The notes below the pieces were generated by a model. It worked only from the letters and a program-made list of their open reading frames with translations, was not told the DNA's origin and ran no database searches. DNA of 57,669 nt from contig CAOKPF010000005.1 in assembly GCA_948470565.1 (NCBI GenBank), forward strand, positions 1 to 57,669, given 5' to 3'. The position numbers and the translations under genes were made by a program. The stretch is from an uncultured Clostridium sp. GTDB taxonomy: Bacteria > Bacillota > Clostridia > TANB77 > CAG-465. Of this stretch, positions 19,453-29,710 are shown piece by piece; positions within the stretch are counted from its first letter, which is position 1; each line of letters opens with the position of its first letter.

Positions 19453-20052
19453 ATGAAAGAGTATGTAGTTAAGTATATAAATGAAAATATAAAGAGTATA
19501 GCTATACTATCTGTATGTATAGCGGTAGGACTTGTTGTTGGAATTTTTACATATCAATTTATTGGTGAAGAATTAAAATCAGAAATCATATCTACAATGA
19601 AGGGGACATTAGATATTACAAAACAGGAAAATTTTGAAGGAATAAATGTAATAAAAAATGGAATAATATCAAATAGTTTATTGATAGTTTTGATATATAT
19701 AGGAAGCCTAACTATAATAGCGCCTTTTGTTATATGTATATTGAGTATGTTTAAAGGTTTTGCAATAGGTATATATATACCTACTATATTTGCAATATTT
19801 GGATTTAGTAAAGGGCTTGCTGTATTGTTGCTTTTAGTTGTTATTCCTAATATTGTATATATACCATCATATATCTTTATGTGTGTAAATGCTATAAATA
19901 TGCATTATGTATTAATTAATGGTGAAAATATGTTAGGTATGATTATTAAAGAGAGTTATTTAATACTTACAGGTTTTTCAATTATGTTTTTATCAGTTAT
20001 ATTAGAACAATTCTTAAGCACAGTTGTAATTTCAATGTACAATAGCGTTTAG
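19453..20052 (+). CDS. spoIIM: Stage II sporulation protein M
   Basis: Size and TM layout fit SpoIIM, and it sits beside xerD as in Bacilli and Clostridia. The start was chosen at the second ATG. Confidence 0.65.
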   Translation: MKEYVVKYINENIKSIAILSVCIAVGLVVGIFTYQFIGEELKSEIISTMKGTLDITKQENFEGINVIKNGIISNSLLIVLIYIGSLTIIAPFVICILSMFKGFAIGIYIPTIFAIFGFSKGLAVLLLLVVIPNIVYIPSYIFMCVNAINMHYVLINGENMLGMIIKESYLILTGFSIMFLSVILEQFLSTVVISMYNSV

Positions 20053-20170
20053 TGCTTGAAATTACAACAAAAAAAACAAAATATAAAAACATTACATAAT
20101 TTTTGACAAAATACTTGCAAATTTATGTGAAATAGTGTAAAATAAGAGTACGAACGGAGGATACGAATTT

Positions 20171-21049
20171 ATGAAGGTAATAATTGATGAATTTATTGAT
20201 AGTTTAAAAGTAAGACAAGCATCTCAAAACACATTAGCATCTTATGAGAGGGATGTAAACAAATTTTATGATTATTTCGAACAAAAAAATAAGAAAGTTT
20301 TTGAACTTACAACAGAGGACATGCAAGAGTATGTTAACCATTTAATCGCAGAGGGAAAATCTAATTCCACAATTTCAAGAAGTACCGCTTCTATAAAAGC
20401 ATTATATAGATATTTAATTGGTAAAGGTATTACTGATACTAATATTGCTGATGAAATTGAAGCCCCAAAAGTTGATAGAAAAGAACCTATGATACTTACT
20501 GAAAGTGAAATAGAATTGTTATTAGAGCAACCAGATTTATCAGAGTTAAAGGGTCAAAGAGATAAAGCAATGCTCGAAGTACTTTATGCTACTGGCATAA
20601 GGGTTACTGAGCTTGTTTCATTACGTATAGAAGATGTTAATATGACAAATGGATATATTAAGGTTAAGAAAAAAAATAGTGAAAGACATATACCTCTTGG
20701 TGCACATTGTTTTAGATGCTTAAAAGAATATATTAATAAAGTAAGACCTTTGCTTATTAGAACAGAGGAGGAAAAAACTTTATTTATAAATACTAATGGT
20801 CAAAAAATGACTAGACAAGGTTATTGGAAAATATTAAAGCAGTATAAAGAGCAGGCAAAAATAGATAAGGAAATTACACCACATACAATTAGACATTCTT
20901 TTGCTGTACATATGTTACAAAACGGTACTGAATTAAAAAGAGTTCAAGAATTACTTGGACATACTGATGTTGCATCAACTATGATGTATACACAATTTGC
21001 TAATTTAGAAGGACAGAATAATAGCGATAATAATATAGAAAATCTATAA
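20171..21049 (+). CDS. xerD: Site-specific tyrosine recombinase XerD/XerC type
   Basis: SAM-like N-terminal domain, then ATGIRVTEL, HTIRHSFAVHML and LGHTDVASTMMYT (R..HxxR..Y). Confidence 0.8.
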   Translation: MKVIIDEFIDSLKVRQASQNTLASYERDVNKFYDYFEQKNKKVFELTTEDMQEYVNHLIAEGKSNSTISRSTASIKALYRYLIGKGITDTNIADEIEAPKVDRKEPMILTESEIELLLEQPDLSELKGQRDKAMLEVLYATGIRVTELVSLRIEDVNMTNGYIKVKKKNSERHIPLGAHCFRCLKEYINKVRPLLIRTEEEKTLFINTNGQKMTRQGYWKILKQYKEQAKIDKEITPHTIRHSFAVHMLQNGTELKRVQELLGHTDVASTMMYTQFANLEGQNNSDNNIENL

Positions 21050-21192
21050 TAAATTTATAACACTTATAAAAAATATCAATACTTATGTATTGGTATTTTT
21101 TTATGTAAAATTGTATTAATTTACCTACTTATGTTGAAAAATTATGTAAATTATGTTATAATATACGTAGTTAATTTAAAGGAGATAGAGAA

Positions 21193-23301
21193 ATGAGTGA
21201 TAATAAATTTATAAAAAAAATAATATCAATATTTAGTATTATTACAATTATATTTTCAACAATACCAAATATTGGTTCTGTATATGCGGCAGATAATATA
21301 TCGCCAATACTAACAATTTCTTCACCAAGTGAGAGTTATGTTAGAGACGGTGGAATGGTTACTTATGTTTTAAGTTATAGTGATAATATAGGAATAAAAA
21401 GTATAAACTTATCTGCTAAAGACATAACTTTGAATGGCTTTACAGCTAAAATTTCAATAACTAATAGGGGAAATAGTGCTAAAGTTGTTACATTATCAAA
21501 TGTAAGGTCAACTAATTCTAATGTAAAAAATATAACTGTTGCTTCAGGTACTGCACAAGATGCACAAGGGAATGTTGCAAATGGTGCAAGTTCACCTGTA
21601 TTTACTATGATAAGAGATACAGTAGCCCCAAGTATATCTATTTCAGGTCCAAATGTAAGTTCAGTTTATGTTGGTGGTACAATAGAATATCTTGTAAATT
21701 ATTCAGATAATGTGGAAATGAGTAGAGTTATGCTTAATGCAGGTCATGTAATTTTAAATGGATTTACTGCAAATAAAAGTGTGTCTGTAATTTCAAATAC
21801 AATGGCTAAAATAACACTTAGTAATATACAAGGAACAGCAGGTGCTAAAAATATAAATATTAGTGCTGGTAGTGCAGTAGATACGTCTGCTAATAAAGCA
21901 GGTGGCGCTACATCTAGCTCATTTTCAATTGTTGAGAAAACAGTAACACCAGATCCAGTGGAAAAACCTACTCAAAATAATGTTCCAAACAAACCAAATA
22001 ATAATATTACTAATAATATAAATAATAATGTGAATGGAAATAATAATTCAAATAGTAATAATACTGTAAATAGTGAAAACAATGAAAATTCTGAAACTAA
22101 TAATTCAGAACAAAGTAAACCTAATGAAAACCAAAATAATAGTAATGAACAAAAAGAAATTGTAGTTAAGAATAGTTGTATAGATTTTGATTATGAAGTA
22201 AATAATGAGATTACGTATTTTGCATCATGGTTAAAATCTAAAAAAGATAATACTACTAATGTTCAAAAATATAACTATATTGCTGATGGTGAAGAGGTTA
22301 CATACTTTGTAGATTATTATAATGGAAGTGTGGATAAAGTTGAAAATGTTACTATGAAACTTACAATTCCATATAAAGTTGATGTGATACAAATAGATAC
22401 ACTTGCTAAATATACAATAAGTGATAATGAAACAGTTGTAGAATGGAATTTATCTAATATTGAAAGTTTAGCTAAATGTAGAACTGCAGTAAAAGTAAAA
22501 TATAGTAAAGATTTAGAGCTTATGAATTCTAATGAGATTTCAAAAATATTTTTAGTATCACTTGAAACAAAAGTAGATGAAACTATTAAAAACTCATATT
22601 TAAGACAGGTATATATAGATAAATCTATCACAAAAACAGGTACTTTTGCAAGTTCGCTAATGTTTTTGGATAAAACTAATTCAGTAAGACTAGATGATGA
22701 GATAACAAGAGCTGAATTTGCAAAAATGATATTAGATTTAAGCCTTATAGAAAGGGACGGAAAATCAAGAGCATATAGAAAATATAATGATTACGAAAAG
22801 ATACCTGCTTATGCTAAATATGCTATATCATCATTATATGGAACAGATATATTTGATATAGATGATAATAAATTTATGCCAAATAACCCTATAATACGTG
22901 ATGATCTATATAAAATGCTTGTAAAGATTTCATCGTATATTACTGATAATTCTATACAAGTAGAAAAGAGTATATATTTAAATGAAGATATAATAAAATC
23001 AACAGATGGTCAAATCGTTGATAATAAATATTATATAATGGAACTTACAAGACAAAATATATTGCCAGAATACAAAACTACAATGTATCCTGATGAATAT
23101 GTTACTAGAGGAGAGGCTTTAGCATTATTAAATGCAATGGCATTTAAATCAAATGACTTTAGTAATTATCCTAGTTACAAAGTTAATTTTGGATATATTA
23201 ACAATTTAAAATATATACATAATATAACAAATGATGATAATATGTCAACATACTTATATAAATATGATGATAATTTAAATCAAATTATATTTAGTAAATA
23301 A
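21193..23301 (+). CDS. Secreted cell-surface protein: signal peptide, two repeats of about 105 aa (Ig-like), an Asn-rich linker and C-terminal SLH-like repeats
   Basis: The internal repeat pair is ISPILTISSP...SPVFTM and VAPSISISGP...SSSFSI. SLH-like segments are ITRAEFAKMILDL, IIRDDLYKMLVKI and VTRGEALALLNAM. Confidence 0.65.
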   Translation: MSDNKFIKKIISIFSIITIIFSTIPNIGSVYAADNISPILTISSPSESYVRDGGMVTYVLSYSDNIGIKSINLSAKDITLNGFTAKISITNRGNSAKVVTLSNVRSTNSNVKNITVASGTAQDAQGNVANGASSPVFTMIRDTVAPSISISGPNVSSVYVGGTIEYLVNYSDNVEMSRVMLNAGHVILNGFTANKSVSVISNTMAKITLSNIQGTAGAKNINISAGSAVDTSANKAGGATSSSFSIVEKTVTPDPVEKPTQNNVPNKPNNNITNNINNNVNGNNNSNSNNTVNSENNENSETNNSEQSKPNENQNNSNEQKEIVVKNSCIDFDYEVNNEITYFASWLKSKKDNTTNVQKYNYIADGEEVTYFVDYYNGSVDKVENVTMKLTIPYKVDVIQIDTLAKYTISDNETVVEWNLSNIESLAKCRTAVKVKYSKDLELMNSNEISKIFLVSLETKVDETIKNSYLRQVYIDKSITKTGTFASSLMFLDKTNSVRLDDEITRAEFAKMILDLSLIERDGKSRAYRKYNDYEKIPAYAKYAISSLYGTDIFDIDDNKFMPNNPIIRDDLYKMLVKISSYITDNSIQVEKSIYLNEDIIKSTDGQIVDNKYYIMELTRQNILPEYKTTMYPDEYVTRGEALALLNAMAFKSNDFSNYPSYKVNFGYINNLKYIHNITNDDNMSTYLYKYDDNLNQIIFSK

Positions 23302-23326
23302 AGCTAAAATGAAATGTAAAATAATT

Positions 23327-23369
23327 AAAAAATCATTGAATTTACATGTGTATTTTCAATGATTTTTTT
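23327..23369. terminator. Palindromic hairpin element, copy B
   Basis: AAAAAATCATTGAATTTACATGTGTATTTTCAATGATTTTTTT. The stem matches copies A and D, with 2 substitutions in the loop. Confidence 0.8.
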
Positions 23370-23448
23370 GCTTTATAGCTTTTAATAATATTCTTTTTAC
23401 AGTTTTTTTACATTAATTTTATAACAATTTGTATATACAGATAGTTAA

Positions 23449-23913
23449 TTATAAAGAGGTTAATTTTGAGCTTAATAAATATATCATATTTTCAATAAAT
23501 TCAGGGGTATAACCATTATCATCTAGTTCGTATCCTTGAGAAGACCTTAAATTATCCCAGTAAGCAATTTCATCTTTTATTTTTTTGTTCAAATCATCTG
23601 AGGGAAAATTATTACATTCTTTCCATTCAACTTCATTTCTTTCACGTATTAATCTGTTATAATATTGTTCTATTTTGTAGCTTGATATTCCCTTTAATTG
23701 CTGGTTAAGTATAGCCCGTTTCTTCATATTTTGTACGGTTTTTAAATTTACTATTCCATTTATTATTGCTTTTTTAAATATTTTTGGAACATCTTTTTCT
23801 GTAACATTTAGTGAATAAAAAGCGTTTGCGATAGTTTTGTAACTTACATATGTTTTTGCATTAGCATAGTAGTCACATATTTTTTGAATTTGTTCTTTTG
23901 TAAGTTCTCTCAT
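23449..23913 (-). CDS. Hypothetical protein, 154 aa
   Basis: AGGGGG RBS and the hairpin B terminator. No motif recognised. Confidence 0.5.
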   Translation of the reverse strand: MRELTKEQIQKICDYYANAKTYVSYKTIANAFYSLNVTEKDVPKIFKKAIINGIVNLKTVQNMKKRAILNQQLKGISSYKIEQYYNRLIRERNEVEWKECNNFPSDDLNKKIKDEIAYWDNLRSSQGYELDDNGYTPEFIENMIYLLSSKLTSL

Positions 23914-24175
23914 ATGCGCACCCCCTAAAATTTTAATAGGTTAATAAATATCTTTTTTTTATTATATCAAGTTATATAAAAAATAGCAATAGTTGTAGAA
24001 AATAATTATAGAAAAATATATGAAGTAGTTATTATTCATAGACCATATGTACAAAATCTATATTTAAGTAATTCTATATATTATTATAATGGATTTTTTG
24101 TGTATATCCATTTTTTTGATATGATTTAAAATTTTATTAAATATTCATATTTATCATTTTATTTATGAAAAATTA

Positions 24176-24208
24176 TAAAAAACGACACAATTATTAAAAT
24201 TGCATCGT
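24176..24208 (-). terminator. Terminator of the 681-aa repeat-protein gene
   Basis: The minus-strand RNA forms an 11-bp stem (with two G-U pairs) followed by U6, about 22 nt past the stop. Confidence 0.6.
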
Positions 24209-24229
24209 TTTTATATATAAAGCTAAATT

Positions 24230-26275
24230 TTATATACGATTTCCAATTAAATTATATATTTTTTTGCTTGATTTAAAAAAAGTATATTTTGAATTGATAA
24301 TTTCAATTCCCTTGTGATTTGAAAGTATTTTTTCAAATCCATCAGTTGTAATTAGGTATACTTTAACAATTTTATCTTCATTAAATTCGAATATATATGC
24401 ATATTTTTTCATTAAAGAAACAAATTTTAGTATATTATTATTTTCAGCATATAAATAGTGATAGTTATTATTAATCTTATTTTGAATAAACAATTCAATT
24501 TCTTTTGAATTATCTATAATAATAAGGTAATTTTGATATTCAATTATTTTTTCGTAATTTTCGGCAATTTTTATAACTGAATTATTATCAACTTTATATA
24601 TAGCAAGTTCCTTACCAGTTATTTCATCTATTTCTTTAAAGAAGATGTTATTCTCTTGTGTTATTTGATATGGTACTATATTATTAGATGTACAAAGTAT
24701 TTTTTCAATATGCGAATTATAAACATGCATACATCTATTATTAGAGTACTGTAATATATAGTTTTGAAATGATTCAAAGTATGTATTATTTAAGTCGCCA
24801 CTCAATACTAAATTATTATTTTCATCATAGACTTTATGAGATTTATAATTTTTATAATATTCTTTAAAAATCATATGTTGATAGTTATGCGTGAAATCAG
24901 TGTCGTCTTGATTTAATTCAATAAATGTATCATGAATTTTAACTGTTAAATCAGTTGAATCTTTATGATTTACAATGCATTTTAAAGATAAATCATATAT
25001 TGCTACTTTGCGTTCATATGAAATTCCATAAAAAGCCATTAATCCGTCCTTATTTCTGTACTCTTCATACGTTAGTCCTGATACTTTAGTTTTAAAATTT
25101 TGAAGTGCAATACAAGTATTGTTTAACATATGTTTGAAAATTATGTATTCATCATATAAAACTTTACATCGTAAAATTTCAATGTTTACATCTTTTAAAT
25201 TGGTATATGTAATAGCTTTTTTGCATGTAATATCATATATAGCTTGACATTTTTTGTTTCGGAACATTTTAACAAAAGTATAATTGTTATTAATTCTTTC
25301 AATTTCAAAATATTCTGTAGGTGGCAGTCTTAGCTCATTATCATATAGTATGGATAGTAACGTATTAAACTTGTTATCTAATAATTTTACACATTTTCCT
25401 AAATACATTTCTTGTATAAAACAATCTTTGTATGAGGTTCCATAGAATTCAAAATAGTTATTATCTTGTGATTTTTTGGAATATTCTACGGATTTTGAAT
25501 TTAAGTTATAAAAATAGATTGCTTTACACTGAATACCAATATATCCTAAAATAACAATATATGGCTTAAAGAAATCTTTATGTATATTCGTAAGAGATAT
25601 ATGGTATTTGTAATTAGTGTATATTTTTGTTATATTATTGATGCCTTCTTTATAGTAAATGGAATGACACATATTATCATCTGAATATTCTAAAACAAAA
25701 TTGTCATCAAAAATAGTTAAGTAATTGTTATTAGAGCAAACGCATAGTGAATGCTTAGAATTTTTTAAATATATAGCTTTTATTTTATTCTTAATTTTCT
25801 CTAAATATAATTCGTTGAATATTTCAAAACTAGCATTTTTAAAATAACTACTTAAAATTTGTTGTTTTGTTATTATATTATAAATAATAGTTTTTTGCCC
25901 TTGATTTTGTATACTTATAATAAATTCGAATGATTGGATGTAGTTTTGAAAATGGCAGCTATTGATATTAATATTAGGACTTATAATTTCAATTTTTTGC
26001 CCTTCTATTATCTTTTTACCAGTTGTATTATAAATAGTTGTAAATATGCCATTTTTACTTTTTAAGATGTAGTGTGTTTTTAATATTGTAATGATAAACA
26101 ATTCTTCTCCAGATTTAGAAGTTATTAGTGGATATTCGTCTTGAGAAAAAATAGCACTGCATTTTCCATTAATATAAAGTGCTATAAATTCTAATTCAGC
26201 ATCGTTTACAGGGTTATATACATTTACATAGTTGTTACATAATTTTTTTGAAGTATTATTATTCATAGTATTCAT
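24230..26275 (-). CDS. Large cytoplasmic repeat protein (681 aa, at least 12 degenerate repeats of about 45-50 aa, possible beta-propeller)
   Basis: Recurrent core [GK]-K-C-x-A-I-Y-x3-4-K-x-[IV], for example GKCSAIFSQ, QKTIIYNIITKQ, CKAIYFYNLNSK, KCQAIYDITCKK, RKVAIYDLSLK and KELAIYKVDNN. AGGAGG RBS. No signal peptide. Confidence 0.6.
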   Translation of the reverse strand: MNTMNNNTSKKLCNNYVNVYNPVNDAELEFIALYINGKCSAIFSQDEYPLITSKSGEELFIITILKTHYILKSKNGIFTTIYNTTGKKIIEGQKIEIISPNININSCHFQNYIQSFEFIISIQNQGQKTIIYNIITKQQILSSYFKNASFEIFNELYLEKIKNKIKAIYLKNSKHSLCVCSNNNYLTIFDDNFVLEYSDDNMCHSIYYKEGINNITKIYTNYKYHISLTNIHKDFFKPYIVILGYIGIQCKAIYFYNLNSKSVEYSKKSQDNNYFEFYGTSYKDCFIQEMYLGKCVKLLDNKFNTLLSILYDNELRLPPTEYFEIERINNNYTFVKMFRNKKCQAIYDITCKKAITYTNLKDVNIEILRCKVLYDEYIIFKHMLNNTCIALQNFKTKVSGLTYEEYRNKDGLMAFYGISYERKVAIYDLSLKCIVNHKDSTDLTVKIHDTFIELNQDDTDFTHNYQHMIFKEYYKNYKSHKVYDENNNLVLSGDLNNTYFESFQNYILQYSNNRCMHVYNSHIEKILCTSNNIVPYQITQENNIFFKEIDEITGKELAIYKVDNNSVIKIAENYEKIIEYQNYLIIIDNSKEIELFIQNKINNNYHYLYAENNNILKFVSLMKKYAYIFEFNEDKIVKVYLITTDGFEKILSNHKGIEIINSKYTFFKSSKKIYNLIGNRI

Positions 26276-26328
26276 TAATAGTCCTCCTTTTAAAATTTTA
26301 TAAGGTTAATAGTTAAAAATTCATAAGT

Positions 26329-26357
26329 ATTGTAACACAGTTTTGTTAAAATTACAA
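26329..26357 (-). promoter_or_regulatory. Own promoter of the repeat-protein gene
   Basis: Minus strand reads TTGTAA, a 17-nt spacer, then TGT-TACAAT. Confidence 0.5.
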
Positions 26358-26368
26358 TAAAAAATGCG

Positions 26369-26403
26369 AAAAAATAAAGTGCAGTATCAAATTTACTACA
26401 CTT
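26369..26403 (-). terminator. Terminator after the T4CP-like ATPase gene
   Basis: 10-bp stem AAGUGUAGUA / UACUGCACUU followed by UAUUUUUU on the minus strand. Confidence 0.6.
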
Positions 26404-26420
26404 AATTACGATTTTATAAA

Positions 26421-28970
26421 TTATTTTTTATTATTTAGTTTTATAGATGGTGTTTCATAATTTTCTGTAATAGCTCCACCATCGACTGATGCATCTTCAA
26501 GAGTTACATCTGGTTCATCAAATATGATTTCGAAATCATCAGAAAGACTATCATCATTTAAAATGTTATTTTGTTTTTCTTCTGTATGTATTTTTTGTAT
26601 TTCAACTTTTTCATTCGTAGAAGAATTATTTGTATTTTGTATAAGTTTTGATAGAGTTTTATCTGGACTACTAGTAGCTTTTGCTTTCTGTACAGTACTT
26701 ACTCCAAATAGTTTATCATCTTTTTTGCTATCATTGTCGTTTATTGTTATTGTAGGACTATCAGGTTTACTCATCATATATTTTTCAAAATTGAAAAGCA
26801 AAGTATCTGCCTTTTCTTTGTATTTACTATCAAGGAATGTAACTTTTCCTTTACCATATATAGTTTTTCCTTTTGCATTTTTAGTTTTGTAGAAAATATC
26901 TCCAAATCCTTGATCTGCAATTTTAAACCATTCTGCTCTTTCTTTCTTTCTAAGTTCAAGTTGAGGTGTTGCATCAACGATACCTGTTTGTAAATCATAT
27001 TTTGTACTAAAGTCAGGGACTTTTTCTTTACCAAATGCCTTTTCCCAGTAAGCACTATCTTCAGGGACTGTATCTCCAAATACTATCTGAGTTTTAGTAT
27101 TTGCAAGAACTGTTTGTCTGTAATATCCTTTTCCAGATTTCTCAAGTTGAGATAAGTTTTGAAGTGCAATAGTTACACCACATCTATATTTTCTAAATAG
27201 TGTAAACATAACTTCCATATCTTTAGTTATATATTCAGGAAATTCATCTATGTATAGGAAGTGAGGAGTTCTAGAGTCTTCATTTCCTTTACGTCTTAGT
27301 ACTGCATCTTGGAATTGTAATATAAAAAACATACCAAATGCTTTTGCCTGTATTATACCTAAATCACCTTTTCTAGAACAGGCAGTTATTACACTTCCAT
27401 TTTCTAATGCTTTATCAAAATCAATTACATTTTTCTTTCCACAAAGTGCAGCTTTAAGACCTGGATGTCTAACTAAGTTATTTAATTGAGTAATTGCACC
27501 ATACAAGAATTTTTCTGTATCTTTTCTACCACTACCACGTGTACCAGGTATTTCAAATCCGTTTATATTAAGCGCTGGTTTATAGAAGTTCTTTTCAAAA
27601 TATCTAATTAAAAGCTTATATTTTTGTTCAAGTTCAGGTATTTTTTTCATTTCTTCAGTCATTTCTTCAACTGCATCGAAATTATATAATAATTCAAGCA
27701 TATCTTCAAGACTTGCTATTTCACCGTTGTGCATTATAGGGTACATTTCTTTTAAAAGAAGTGTTAAGTTTTGAAATGCATCTATTGTAACCTGTGTAAA
27801 GAATGGATCACTAGCACCACCGCCACCATTACTTTCATACATTGCATTTAAAACATCTGATACTATTGATGCTGCCTTTGCAGGATCTGGTATTGCAAAT
27901 GGGTTTATACTAAGTGTTGTTTCAGGAGCTGCTGGATCTATGGATAATACATCTATATCAAAATTATTTGCAACTCCAACAACTTGAGATATGAAATTTC
28001 CATCATTTTCAACCACTGTTATACCAATATTTCTGTATACAATTTTACCAGTAGCATTATCAATATATTGTACTAATGGTTTAACTTGGTTCATAAATTG
28101 TTCTTCCATTCCACGTTTTGGTTGTAAATAATTAAGTGAAAAATTTCTGTTTATATACTCATTAGTAAATGGTCCATTCATATATGCAATTCCTCTTTTT
28201 AACATTGAAAAACCTATTTTTTTTGCATACTCTCTAAAGAAGAATTTTTTTTCTAAATCAAATGCACTCATTGGTAGAAGAATTGTAGCTGTTTTACCAG
28301 TTCCTGTTGCACCTTGTACTAAAGTTGCTTCGTAACGTTTCTTCTCTGGTACAATTATTGGAATTGATGTACCTTTTGCTTTACATATAACTGTTTCACA
28401 AGTAAATGCTCCATTTTCTTTTGTTCCCATTGAGGTAGAAAGTCCTGAATATCCAGCTATTGCTTTTACCATGTCTTCATCTCTTAATATTGCTAAAAAG
28501 TAATCTATACCATAAAATATGCTAATAAATGGAGTTATTAAACATAATGTAGTAACTGCTGGTGCAAATAATTCGGGGTACAATCTTAATACAGTATCGT
28601 AATTTGGTAATTGTTTAAGAGCCCACCAAACTCCATTATTTACCCATGTTGTTATCATATTACCAAGTATTAATCCTAGAAGTCCTACTGTTACCATGAA
28701 AACATTTACTTTTGAATTATCATCTTTTGCGATACCTGAGTTAACAAAAAATGAGTATGCTAAGCATGGCATAGTAAAAAATATTGAGTATATGTAAGGC
28801 GAAATAGTTTCTTCTACATGTATATCTCCTAGCAACAATCTTAGCATTCTAGCAACTGACATTAATGCTAGAAATATTGTTATTGCATAAAATATATAAG
28901 TTAATAATTTATCTGGTTTTGTTTTTATATGTAATTTTTTAAATATATTATCTATCAAAGTTTTCACCAC
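26421..28970 (-). CDS. Membrane-anchored TraG/TraD/VirD4-like (type IV coupling protein family) P-loop NTPase
   Basis: About 4 N-terminal TM segments. Walker A is LVQGATGTGKTAT and Walker B-like is PHFLYIDEFPEY. A T4CP-like C-terminal block reads GVTIALQNLSQL...ANTKTQIVFGD. The C-terminal tail is long, low-complexity and acidic. Confidence 0.7.
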   Translation of the reverse strand: MVKTLIDNIFKKLHIKTKPDKLLTYIFYAITIFLALMSVARMLRLLLGDIHVEETISPYIYSIFFTMPCLAYSFFVNSGIAKDDNSKVNVFMVTVGLLGLILGNMITTWVNNGVWWALKQLPNYDTVLRLYPELFAPAVTTLCLITPFISIFYGIDYFLAILRDEDMVKAIAGYSGLSTSMGTKENGAFTCETVICKAKGTSIPIIVPEKKRYEATLVQGATGTGKTATILLPMSAFDLEKKFFFREYAKKIGFSMLKRGIAYMNGPFTNEYINRNFSLNYLQPKRGMEEQFMNQVKPLVQYIDNATGKIVYRNIGITVVENDGNFISQVVGVANNFDIDVLSIDPAAPETTLSINPFAIPDPAKAASIVSDVLNAMYESNGGGGASDPFFTQVTIDAFQNLTLLLKEMYPIMHNGEIASLEDMLELLYNFDAVEEMTEEMKKIPELEQKYKLLIRYFEKNFYKPALNINGFEIPGTRGSGRKDTEKFLYGAITQLNNLVRHPGLKAALCGKKNVIDFDKALENGSVITACSRKGDLGIIQAKAFGMFFILQFQDAVLRRKGNEDSRTPHFLYIDEFPEYITKDMEVMFTLFRKYRCGVTIALQNLSQLEKSGKGYYRQTVLANTKTQIVFGDTVPEDSAYWEKAFGKEKVPDFSTKYDLQTGIVDATPQLELRKKERAEWFKIADQGFGDIFYKTKNAKGKTIYGKGKVTFLDSKYKEKADTLLFNFEKYMMSKPDSPTITINDNDSKKDDKLFGVSTVQKAKATSSPDKTLSKLIQNTNNSSTNEKVEIQKIHTEEKQNNILNDDSLSDDFEIIFDEPDVTLEDASVDGGAITENYETPSIKLNNKK

Positions 28971-29173
28971 TTTCGCTATTTATAATATTTACAATATTTC
29001 ATATTGAATATGAATAATTGACATATAAATAAATTTCATATATAATAATACTATAATTTGTGTAAAATTTCAAGCTTTTTTACTATAATATATTAAAAAT
29101 AGATAAATTAATTTAAAATATATTTATGTAAAGCTTTTGCAACAAAATATTAGTATTATTTGGGGGAATTATT

Positions 29174-29707
29174 ATGAAAATAATTGTAGGACTTGGAAAT
29201 CCTGGAAAAGAATATGAGAATACAAGGCATAATTTAGGATTTATGTTTTTAGATTATATAAGTAAGAGATATAATGTTAATATGTCAAAAAAAAATTTTG
29301 ATTCTATAATAGGAGAGGAAAAAATAAATAATCAAAAGATAGTATTTGTAAAACCTCAAACCTTTATGAATCTTAGTGGTAATGCTGTTCAAAAAGTAAA
29401 AAATTGGTATAAAGTAGATATAAGTGATATTTTAGTTGTTTTTGATGATATAGATATTCAATTTGGTGAAATTAAGTATAAGCTTAATGGAAGTGGTGGC
29501 ACACATAATGGTGTAAAAAATATAGTTCAAATGTTAAACTCAAAGGAATTTCCAAGAATAAAAATTGGTATAGGTGGATTAAGACACGAAAATGAGCCTT
29601 TAGTTGATTTCGTTTTAAATAAATTTTCAAATGAACAATTACATGTTTTAGAAGATGTTTTTGTAAAATCAGAAGAAAAAATGCTTGAATTTCTTGACAA
29701 AAGGTAG
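29174..29707 (+). CDS. pth: Peptidyl-tRNA hydrolase
   Basis: MKIIVGLGNPGKEYENTRHNLGF and GGTHNGVKNI. Confidence 0.95.
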   Translation: MKIIVGLGNPGKEYENTRHNLGFMFLDYISKRYNVNMSKKNFDSIIGEEKINNQKIVFVKPQTFMNLSGNAVQKVKNWYKVDISDILVVFDDIDIQFGEIKYKLNGSGGTHNGVKNIVQMLNSKEFPRIKIGIGGLRHENEPLVDFVLNKFSNEQLHVLEDVFVKSEEKMLEFLDKR

Positions 29708-29710
29708 TTT

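Noticed and set aside
20171-21049. Tyrosine recombinase as the integrase of a mobile element.
   Set aside because: It has the XerD-type architecture and sits next to spoIIM, as in other Firmicutes. There are no flanking direct repeats, tRNA target, excisionase or cargo genes.
21955-22150. Asn-rich stretch in the surface protein as a hypervariable or contingency repeat.
   Set aside because: At DNA level it is an irregular AAT/AAC-rich low-complexity linker, not an exact tandem repeat, and is consistent with the AT bias of the genome.
26421-28970. Interpreting the T4CP-like gene as evidence of an integrated conjugative element.
   Set aside because: No relaxase, VirB4/TcpF-type ATPase, channel components, integrase or attachment repeats were found in the surrounding 57 kb. 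It is kept as an orphan candidate instead.
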